Under the pieces are notes generated by a model. That model had not been told where the DNA came from. It made no database searches and saw nothing but the letters and a program-made list of their open reading frames with translations. The position numbers were made by a program, and so were the translations under genes. Shown one piece after another: positions 50,901-60,392 of a DNA stretch of 64,000 nucleotides. Position 1 is the first letter of the stretch. Every line of letters starts with the position of its first letter. The stretch comes from Octopus bimaculoides (Eukaryota): positions 91,603,423 through 91,667,422 of the forward strand of contig NC_068984.1 of NCBI RefSeq assembly GCF_001194135.2. Direction: 5' to 3'.

Positions 50901-51134
50901 TATTCATTTGGACACCAACAAAAAATTACACAATGAATATTGTTTACCCTGAGGTGCTTCAAGATTGACAGATTTTCAGTTCTAAATTCTATTATCATTA
51001 CAATTTGGATATTTTAAAATAAAATATAGATATTTTGAAATAATTATGTGAAAAAAGATATATCTTCATATTTATTGTTTACTAATCTAAATAAGAACAG
51101 CAGTGACCTGGGCAAGACTGGGTGATTCAGCTAG
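47909..51134 (+). mobile_element. Non-autonomous Helitron with a PIF1-helicase 3' remnant, an internal minisatellite and a nested RTE
   Basis: 5' TCTATATAAAA..TGTCTGTCTG; ERAILAPTN..EFLNTL..GMPPHNLTLK..RNLDP..LCNGT (48490-48792) resuming as IPHVLQATIITG..INKSQGQSL..FSHGQLYV..TMNIVYPEVL (50643-50968); 3' hairpin plus CTAG|T at 51131-51135. 5' boundary approximate. Confidence 0.85.
48793..50642 (+). mobile_element. 5'-truncated RTE LINE with a long pyrimidine-rich 3'UTR, inserted in the Helitron helicase
   Basis: RT C-terminus with PHD-like CxxC motifs; (GAT)n tail; removing it restores ACT TCT ATG ATA CCC CAT (TSMIPH); ATGA occurs at both junctions. Confidence 0.85.
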
Positions 51135-52843
51135 TATATAATATGTGAAAATGACATGATCTTTTGATTGCCTAAAATGGAACATTTTTGCACTTGATAT
51201 GTCAGAATGGGAGAAATCAGTTATTACTAATCTCCATGGTTTTGATGGGTTTATATAATAGTATTTTTCTAATAACTCTGTATCTTTTTATTACTCTAAG
51301 TGTGTGTCCCTAAAATTAATTATATGTAGCCATTTGTCTCATTTGGCTACACTTCCTAAATTTATTATTGAATACTTTCTGCTTCAGTTTACATAAGTTT
51401 TTATAGTTGTAAACTTATAAACTTATAAAAATTTTAAGTAACTTTTTTATACCTTCTTACAATTTGAATTAGCTACAGTAAAAGAATGATAAAAGTAACC
51501 AAACAATGTAATTCCAGATTTAATTGTATGTGTGTTTGTGTGAATTTGTAAATAAAGGATGCATTTGATATAGGTTTATTGTTCTAATTATAACTAAGAA
51601 GTAACAGCTATACCTGTTTAGTTTAATAGCTGTTGTTAGCTCTGAACAGACTATAGCATGTGAGCAAAGAATCAAACACTTGAATACCTTGTCTGTTTTA
51701 TCGAGTTGAGTTTTCAGGTCAGGGCCATCTTGTGTGAAGTTAGTTGATCTTCCTCAGGTATTAGAATATAAAAGCTTTGAGACAGCAGAAAAAAATTAAA
51801 AGCACGAGTTGGCTTTAAAACAGGCAACTCAGGTGATAGGGTGATGTCATTTTATTTTACTATTTATTCCTTCCTAATTACATTATTACTTATTCCTCAG
51901 GTTTCTATAATTGTTCTATCTGACCTTGTTACAAATTTGCACATATCTGAGGATAAATGCAATGATAAAAATATTAAAACTTAGGAAGGAACCCAGTGAA
52001 AATGTTTAGGAAGATATTTGGATCAACTGTTGTAAAAAGATAACTATTTGTCGTAAATGTACTGACATGGAAGGCAGATGTAATAGAAAATAACCAAGAA
52101 AAATATTTGTTATGAGGTTAGTCTTAAATAATTATATCTATAATCAAAAATTTGTTATTGTTAGACATTTTCACATTTAAATTTCTTTTCATTACAAGTG
52201 ATAATTATTTCATTGAAACAATTTGATAAATAAAACAAAAAATGGTTTACATTTAATGCCATCAAAACTGTCTCTCTGTCTCTTTATCTCACACCATATT
52301 TCCCTTTGCATAAACATTTAGTACATATAATATAGTTTCAAGATGGATTGATGTTCACTTTGATCCTGTGTCTCAAATTGCTTGAGGTCATCTAAACTCC
52401 TTTAAAAGAGTTCCTACTTTAGATAACTCGAGTGATTACATAAATATTAAAATGTAGATGTTTACTATTCAAAACTGTTAACACCAAAGGTTATTTCTAA
52501 TTGGTAATATTATCTAAGTCACCTTAACTGTTTCTGTATTGGTGAAAGGGGGTAAACTCGGTAACATGTTGGTGTACATGATTATGTTGATGCCACTGGA
52601 GATGTTTTGTGGTAATGCTGGATAAATACAATAATTTATATAGAATTGTGTTATTCAGTTTTATTTTGTTGCATGTTACTTCTGCAATTTTCTTGTGAAG
52701 GAAGACTAATATTTTATGAGTATAATTCATTGGTTTTTAATATTTTACTATTAGTATTTCTGAAAATCTTGATGCTAAAGGAATATATCTGCAGATATAA
52801 AATATCATTTTCTTAATTTCTTTTTTTTTTTTGTTTCTTATAG

Positions 52844-52937
52844 GTAAAATTGACGTTGTTTGGAATTTTTAACACTTCTGCTGAAATTTGACAATTTATT
52901 CTTCTGCTGTCATTAGAGACTTGGTAGCAATATTATA
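52844..52937 (+). other. TMEM169: 5'UTR part of the TMEM169 coding exon, after a strong splice acceptor
   Basis: Long poly-T tract followed by cttatag ending at 52843; implies an upstream non-coding exon. Confidence 0.7.
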
Positions 52938-53627
52938 ATGGCATCTGATTATCCAGAATGTTCCAAAGCTACAGAATTAGAGGAAATACAAGAAAAAGAA
53001 TGGATTGAACTACCAGAATCTTCACCAGAAGATCAGCTACAAGATAATGGGGGTGATCAACATTTTGTGACATTGACTGGAACAGTTGCTCGTGGCTACC
53101 AAGCTGGTCAAGTGGTAGATGTCCAGCTACAAATTTCTCGAGATGAGTTACGTAAACTAACACTTGAGAGAGGGACGAAAGAGGAAAAGCTCAAGTACAA
53201 ATCTTCACCATGTTCTTGGGGACTGCATTCAGGATTGCATATTGTATTTCTGAGCATCATCTGTATACCTCTTGCTTGGCTTGTTTCTTTAGGATATTCC
53301 TTCTACATTGGCTGCAACACCTGGTATAATATTTATTTGTATTTTTCTGAAGAAAAGACAATCTGGCATAAGATTTCTATTTGTCCTGTTCTCATATTAA
53401 CATTTCCTTTCACTGTTGGTTTGTCATCTCTCATCATAAGTTTATATGCCTCAGTTATTCAAATTTCATGGAATTTCTATAAATGGCTGCAAGAATTTCA
53501 AGATTATGAAAAAGGCTTTTATGGCTGGTTCTGTAACTGGATTGGCCTGCACCAGTGTTGTCCTTATGAAGTGGTGATACTTGACTGCCCTGAATCAATA
53601 AGAGAGACAAAATTACCTTCAAGTTAA
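52938..53627 (+). CDS. TMEM169: Transmembrane protein 169
   Basis: Intact 229-aa ORF with acidic N-terminus and a C-terminal membrane domain (FYIGCNTWYNIYLYFSEEKTIWHKISICPVLIL...EKGFYGWFCNWIGLHQCCPYEVV) matching recalled TMEM169 motifs TWYNIF.VYNEERTFWHKIS.CP and EKGFCGWLC.KLGLEDCSPY. Confidence 0.92.
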   Translation: MASDYPECSKATELEEIQEKEWIELPESSPEDQLQDNGGDQHFVTLTGTVARGYQAGQVVDVQLQISRDELRKLTLERGTKEEKLKYKSSPCSWGLHSGLHIVFLSIICIPLAWLVSLGYSFYIGCNTWYNIYLYFSEEKTIWHKISICPVLILTFPFTVGLSSLIISLYASVIQISWNFYKWLQEFQDYEKGFYGWFCNWIGLHQCCPYEVVILDCPESIRETKLPSS

Positions 53628-53769
53628 TTACTTAAAATATGCTCGCCAGATGCTACACAAACACCCACCGTTTGTTCTGGACTTATATTAGCTGACCTAT
53701 AACTACTGGTTCAATTTGTAATTTGATGGAATTTTGATTTAGATATATTGCTGGTGTATTAATCAATAC

Positions 53770-53790
53770 ATACATATGTATATGGTGCGC

Positions 53791-53826
<36 letters not shown>

Positions 53827-54560
53827 ATTTGTGTATGTATGTGTATGTGTGTGTATATATATGGATATGTACAAATATGTTTTTATATGTCTCGATGTAT
53901 GTGTGTGTATATATGTATGTATATGTGCCTGTATGTATATTTGTGTATACATTTATTTATCATAGTATATATATATATATATATAAAATATATATATATA
54001 TATATGTATGTGTGGGGTGTGTGTGAATGTTGTGAACAGTGTAAACCAGTGCAAAACTATGAGTAAATGTTTGAACTATGTAAAATGTATTTCTTTTTTG
54101 TTTTAATATAATTTATAACTAAGATCAGTGAGCTGGCAGAATTGTTAGTATGGTGGTCAAAATGCTTAGCAGCATGTCATCCATCTTTATGTTCTGAGTT
54201 CAAATTCCACTGGGGTCAAACTTTGCCTTTCATCCTTTTAAGGTAGATAAAATAAGTACTTGTTGAGGACTGGGGTTGATGAAATTGATTTATTCCTTCA
54301 CCTGATTTGAGCCAAAATTTGAAACCAATATAACTTATAACTTGTATATTATAATGTGCGTGCGTGTGTGTGTGTGTGTGTGTATGCATGTGTATGATTA
54401 TGAGTGTGTATGCATGTGTATATATGCATATAGATTTGTATACATGCATGTATATATATGTATATATGTATACATATATGTACATATATGTATGTGTATG
54501 TATATCTGGATATATCTACACATACATATGCACATGTAAATATATAGGTACCGTTGACTG
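53770..54560. repeat. (GT)n/(AT)n microsatellite fields downstream of TMEM169
   Basis: Directly visible compound dinucleotide repeats. Confidence 0.9.
54125..54330 (+). mobile_element. Second SINE family with a GCCTTTCATCCTT..GATAAAATAAGTAC central domain (MetaSINE-like); related copy at ~12130-12270
   Basis: tRNA-like head with B box GAGTTCAAATTCC, plus the conserved central domain; family name recalled, not searched. Confidence 0.65.
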
Positions 54561-54735
54561 AACACTATTCAATTTTTTTTCTCCGTGTTTTTCTCCTTGT
54601 CTCCGTATTCTTTCTGTTGAAGAGCGTAGCTCGAAACGTCAAAGACTTTCCGTATTCCCGAGCGTCATACTAATATATACTTTTGTTATTTACACCACCT
54701 GTCCTCGTCTGTTGTTATTATTTGTATATTCTCCC

Positions 54736-54740
<5 letters not shown>
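54550..54740 (+). mobile_element. Penelope-like terminal repeat fragment
   Basis: Carries a minimal hammerhead-type motif typical of PLE pseudo-LTRs; flanked by microsatellites. Confidence 0.55.
54609..54645 (+). ncRNA. Minimal type I hammerhead ribozyme-like motif with variant core CUGUUGA
   Basis: Stem I TCTTT/AAAGA; core CTGTTGA-A; stem II GAGC-GTA-GCTC; GAAA; palindromic stem III ACGT; GUC cleavage triplet. Confidence 0.55.
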
Positions 54741-54766
<26 letters not shown>

Positions 54767-56869
54767 TATACATACGTACATGTATACATGTGTATATATA
54801 GATAGATACATATGTATATATATGTGTGGGTGTGTATCTATATGATAGATGATGATGATGTGTATATATATATATATATATATCAAACTATAATAATTTA
54901 TTTTCACTGCTATTATGTCCCACCTGTGACTTTATTTTTCTGCACATTCTAATGATCTATCAAAATTTTCCAGTCAATATCTTTCATAATTCATTTAGTA
55001 ATTCATTTGTAAATGTTTAGTTTATCTTGTTTTAGTTGTTAAGGCAAAGTGGTTCAGTAAAATTTGCCAGTGCTGAGATTGTGAATTGTTTATCTTGTAA
55101 GTTGTTATTGTTGCAAGTGAAACAAAATTATGGATTTCAATTTGATGTAAAATTTATTTGAACTGAATACCAAATTATGTTTCAACAATACAAAAATTTT
55201 TGTTAGGACAGATTTTTGCTAACTCTTGCCTATAGATTATTTTTATGATGATAAGAGAAATGATTTCTATAGTTAGAGCATATCTGCTATCCTATTAATT
55301 CTAGGCAAATACACATATTCACTCACGAAAGGTGAAGTAGGTTTGTAACTGTAATTTTTTTTTGACTCTTTACCTATAATTTGTTAGTGAAATAGAGTTA
55401 ATTCTTTCATTAAGTATAATAATATGCATTTATTTTATAAGTGTAGGTTATTTCAGGTACACCATATCAAGTCAGTAGGTTGAATTTATTAGGAAATATG
55501 CTGATTAACTAGGGAGTCAAAGTCAAAAAAAGTAATAAGATTTTAAAGTTTTCGGAATTAATTAATTGTAGTGCTTATTATAAGAAATGTAGGTCTTGAC
55601 AGATATTTGCTTGTGCAGAGGTACTTTAAATTGTTCATTACAATTTCAATGAATTACAAAGTAAATTTTTATTGCCATTTGTTGTAAAATTAACATTATA
55701 AATAATAACTGAAACTATGACACAATGTAACATTTTTCAGTTATACTGAAATGATCTGTTGTCATTTCAATTTGTTCTTTTATATTTGTATATTTTAATT
55801 TCAAATCTGTATTTATCTTTAATTTTAAGAAAAATTATTTCTTTTTATTAATTGAAATAATTCAGCTGGAGCTAAAAAATTAAATATTTTGATATTATTA
55901 TTAAAACAAAACAAAGCAAATTGATCTATTAAGAAATAAAATCTGAATGAAAGTTTTTCTATTGATTAAATCATAATGTTTGGCCATCTATAAATGTTAT
56001 CTCTATGTAAAGTCATTTTGTCTTTGTTGTTGTGCAGACTAAGTGTAAAATTACACTTTAACACTAATTTTGAGCAATAGCTTTCTTTTCATAATTTGAT
56101 CTATGATTGTATCTGTGATAGATGTTTTCATGTTTATATAACAACTGTCATTTCTTTTTGTGATGGGCGGGCTGGATGAATGCTTTTTACTTTATATGAA
56201 CTCTTTGTAACAACTGAAATATTCCATATTTTTTTCTTCATATTGTGATATGTTCTGAATTTTTTCATTATTCATTGAGATTAAGTCTTAAAGTTATTGA
56301 TTGTAATACTGCTGCTATGAAAGATTTTATTTTGGACAATTCTTTTTCAACCATTGAAAGGAATTTATGTTTTTACATGGACCGGTCATATCAACCTACT
56401 TAACTTCATGAAAGTCTTACAATATATTTAATGTGTGTTTTCATTAATCTTCTTTATTACCACTGAAATTCATTGACTTGTTGAACTGAACCATAAATTT
56501 AAAATTACTTTTTCCAAGTACTGAACTCATTCTTCAAATGTCCATGCAAAATTTGACAAGAAAAAAAAAAAGAAAAAATGAAGAAAGAACAAAATCACCG
56601 ATCACCTTCAGGATATTTGTGCATTTACGTGAACATTTTTCTGAATATATTTGCATAAAGCTGCAGAGATTTTTCAGACAACTGTTTTATATATGTTACT
56701 GTAACAATACGATATAAAACGTTTTATTGGAATAAGTAATTTGATATTTTCCACTTAATTTGATGTGATGATTTGTCATATGGAGCCTGTCAGTTTAAAT
56801 TTAGAGTGGGCACTTCTCGTGTCTATCTGAAATTAGCTACAGAGAAAATACTGTATCTGCGCTAAGGTA

Positions 56870-57105
56870 CAAGGATGTAAACACACCAACACTGATTGAG
56901 AAGCAGTGGTGGGGGACAAACAAACATACACACACACACATACATGACAGGTTTCTTTCAGTTTCTGTCTACCAAATCCACTCACAAGGCTTCGGTTGGC
57001 CTGAGGCTATAGTAAAAGACACTTGCCCGAGGTACCATGCAGTGGGACTGAATCCAGAACTATATGGTTGGGAAGCAAGTTTCTTACTACACAGCTACAC
57101 CTGTG
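56870..57105 (-). mobile_element. tRNA-derived SINE
   Basis: Reverse complement of the family head and part of the tail. Confidence 0.82.
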
Positions 57106-57132
57106 TGTCTATACAATATATATTTATATATC

Positions 57133-57928
57133 CAGTTGAATAAAGTTACAGTATGGTCTGGTTTTCACATTTTTTATTATTGTATTTAAAAAATTTGTTT
57201 TTACAATGTTGAAATGTGTTAAACACTAAAAAGAATATTTAGTAATGTTCATAAAGTTCAATTAGCACTTTTACATGTTTGTATTAATCATCTGATTTCA
57301 AAATGTATTGAATGACAGTTGAATTGAGTACTTGACAACTGTAGTAAAGTGACTGACTCCCCCCTTTTTATACCTTTTAGAAGGCTCCAACAAGCTGAAT
57401 TTTTTGAATACTGTTTTGACCAATCAGCATGCAGTTTAAACATCACCAATATTACTGGCATAGATCAAGTAAAACCAATATTGTAGCAGTGGCTAGTGGA
57501 CCCTGACTGGCTCCTGTGCCGGTGGCACATAAGAAGCACAATCCAAAAATGGTCGATACAAGGTCTGACTGATTGGCTCCTGTGCCGGTGGCATGTAAAC
57601 AACACCAACCAATGGCTGATGCCAGTACCCCCAGACTGGCTCACGTGCTGGTAGCATGTAAAAAGCACCAACTGAATGTGGCCGATGCCAGTACCCGCTG
57701 ACTGGCTCTTGTGCCAGTGGCATGTAAAAAGCACCATCCAAACATGATTGATGCCAGGCCCACCTGACTGGCTGCTGTGCTAGTGGCATGTAAAAAGCAC
57801 CCACTACACTCTTGGACAGGTTGGCATTAGGAAGGGCATCCAGATCAGATTGGAGCCTGGTGCAGCTGCTGGCTCTCCAAACCTCAGTCAAACCGTCCAG
57901 CCATGCCAGCATGGAAAACAGACGTTAA

Positions 57929-57963
<35 letters not shown>

Positions 57964-58754
57964 CCCACCTTTATTTTAACCAATTAGCTTGCAGTTTACA
58001 TATAATGGTTTTATGAGTGAGCAAACTTAGTTGGTTTCTATTGTTTTTATTTCAATTGGTGGGAGTCTTCTGTAATTTGTTTATATTCATATGTTAAAGG
58101 TATTTTTTAATCCACATTATAAACTGGTTGTTATATTATTGTTGTTATTACCATTCAGAACAGGTTTGAATATTTTAATGAAATTTTTTTTCTGTCATCT
58201 TTCTTCCAATCTTACTTGTGTCACGTAGTTTGTGGAAGGGAAAATTAGAAACTTTTTGTGACCACATGTTTCTCAATGGAATTTAGTGAACATTAGTGAT
58301 CCGGAATTGTTGTCTGTGAACTCATGAGCATTCCAATAATCCCTGTCTCGCTAATGCATAGTTTCTCGCAATTAGGGTATTTAATGCAGTAGATCAAATT
58401 TCTGCTTTTGCACTAATATCAGTGTGCCTGGCAAACCGCGATGTTAAAGCTGCATGCTGATTGGTCAAAACCATATTCGAAAAATTCGGCTTGTCGGAGC
58501 CTTCTAAAAGGTATAAAAAGGAGGAAGCCAGTCATTTTACTACAGTTGTCAAGCACTCAACTCAACTGTCAGTCAATACATTTTGAAATTTGATGATTAC
58601 TACGAACATATAAAAGCACTAATTGAACTTCATGAACATTACTAAATATGTTTTTTTAATGTTTAACACACTTCAACATTGTAAAAAAATGTTTTTTTTA
58701 AATACAATAATAAAAAATGTGAAAACCAGACCATGTTGTAACTTGATTTAACTG
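57133..58754. mobile_element. Non-autonomous DNA transposon with ~310-bp TIRs and a nested RTE-tail insert
   Basis: 57133-57447 is the reverse complement of ~58437-58754; CAGT...ACTG termini; flanks AT-rich but not a clean TA. Confidence 0.8.
57466..57965 (+). mobile_element. RTE 3'UTR fragment with ~60-bp tandem units and a long (GAT)n tail
   Basis: About five GACTGGCTC.TGTGCC.GTGGCA.GTAAAAAGCACC units, then the family 3' end. Confidence 0.82.
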
Positions 58755-58855
58755 ATATATTATTCTATACAAATTCAGGAAAAAAAATTATACATACATG
58801 ACGATGGTGATGATGATGATATATGCACACACACACACACATAAATATACATATA

Positions 58856-59591
58856 TGAGGTCTGATCAATAAGTATCTAGACTGTTGCCATAGTAACGAA
58901 GCTAAAGCATACAGTGAAGCTGTTTGGCAAAGATTGACATTGAACTCTGTTGTGTATGTGCACTAAGTTTTATTCTAGCTCACTTCTGCTGTTTACAGTA
59001 GTGCTTCAAGGGTGATCATTGCATTGACCATGACAGAGAACGTTGTTATGGCAATACCTGTTCAGAGGCCTACACAAAGTTGAAGAAAATGTATGGAAGG
59101 GAGTGTCTGAGATACACAGAAGTGTACGAGTGGCTCAGATGTTTCCAAAGTGGCCGAAAAAATGTTGATATTGACAAAAGTTCTGGGAGACACACAACCA
59201 GAAGAACTAAGAAAAACATCACAGATGTGCATTGAGCAGTGAGGGGAAATCATTGAATCACCATACTTGAGATATCAGAGGATGTGTAGGCTAGTTACGG
59301 TTTAGTTTAGTCCATTATAAATGAAAATTTGGGTATGAGATGGGGGTCTGCCAAGTTTGGACCAAAACTGCTTTCAACTGACCAAACAGACACTTGGGAT
59401 TCAGTTACTCACAATCTCCTTGATTGTATTGAGAACGATGAAAAATTTTTAAGACTTTACATAGGCATCTGAGCAGGTATCACGAAAGATTTGGCAACAT
59501 TTTGTGCAGATTCTCTGCTATGGTCAATGTGATAATCATGCCACACACCCTCTTTCCAAGCACTGCAGTAATCATTGGAAGTGAGCTAGAA
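58856..59591 (+). mobile_element. Second copy of the 629-1531 mariner derivative, right arm truncated
   Basis: Same TIR, same left-arm deletion junction and same switch to the inverted arm (TTTACATAGGCATCTGAGCAGGTAT). Confidence 0.88.
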
Positions 59592-59789
59592 GGAATATTA
59601 TTTATATAATATATATAAATATATACTTATATATTTATATATTATATATATGATATATATAAATATATATTTATATATCAAATGTATATAAATATATATT
59701 ATTAGCATTATCCTGTGTTTGAGAATTTAAAATTACTTATTATATATATTTTTATATCATATATATACAGTTCTATACAGTTCTATATT

Positions 59790-59957
59790 TAAGAGATGAA
59801 TTATGTACATTATTTACATTATTTACAATTGACGGATATTTGTTCTCATTGTGTTTGTTGTTAACACGGTGTTTTGGCTGATATAACCTCCAGCCTTCAT
59901 CAGGTGTCTTGGGGAAATTTTGAACCTGGGTACTCATTCCTAAGGTATTTTTTGATG

Positions 59958-59960
<3 letters not shown>
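59790..59960 (-). mobile_element. Penelope-like terminal repeat with a mutated hammerhead motif
   Basis: Minus strand: GACAC-CTGATGA-A-GGCTG...CAGCC-AAAA-CACC-GTGTT. Confidence 0.55.
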
Positions 59961-59964
<4 letters not shown>

Positions 59965-59994
<30 letters not shown>

Positions 59995-60062
59995 TCACTG
60001 CCTGGAATCGAACTCGGAATCTTGGGGTTAGTAGCCTTCACTCTTAACCACTACGCCATATG
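59965..60062 (-). mobile_element. Short tRNA-derived SINE with an (AAT)n tail
   Basis: A box TGGCGTAGTGG, B box GAGTTCGATTCC; no intact cloverleaf or acceptor stem, so not called as a tRNA. Confidence 0.7.
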
Positions 60063-60119
60063 ACCATGGGCATATGGCATAGTGGTAAATAATGTAAATA
60101 ATATATATAACATATTATA

Positions 60120-60332
60120 TATATAACCTGACTGGCCTTCATGCGGGTGACACGTAAAAGCACCCACTAAACTCTCTGAGTGGTTGGTGTTAGGAAGGGC
60201 ATTCAGCTGTAGAAACTCTGCCAAATCAGATTGGAGCCTGGTGTAGCCATCTGGTTTCACCAGTCCTCAGTCAAATCGTCCAACCCATGCTAGCATGGAA
60301 AGCGGACATTAAACGATGATGATGATGATGAT
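60120..60332 (+). mobile_element. RTE-tail retroposon of the same family as 217-295 and 5226-5422
   Basis: Near-identical reverse complement ending in (GAT)n. Confidence 0.85.
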
Positions 60333-60392
60333 AACATATATATATATAATATATGTTATTATAATATATATATATCATATATATATAATATA

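Noticed and set aside
57465-57912. Regularly spaced repeats resembling a CRISPR array or a repeat protein
   Set aside because: Eukaryotic context, degenerate tandem units without unique spacers and no cas genes; it is the RTE 3'UTR minisatellite.
59985-60062. tRNA gene
   Set aside because: A and B boxes are present, but there is no complete acceptor stem and an (AAT)n tail follows, consistent with a SINE head.
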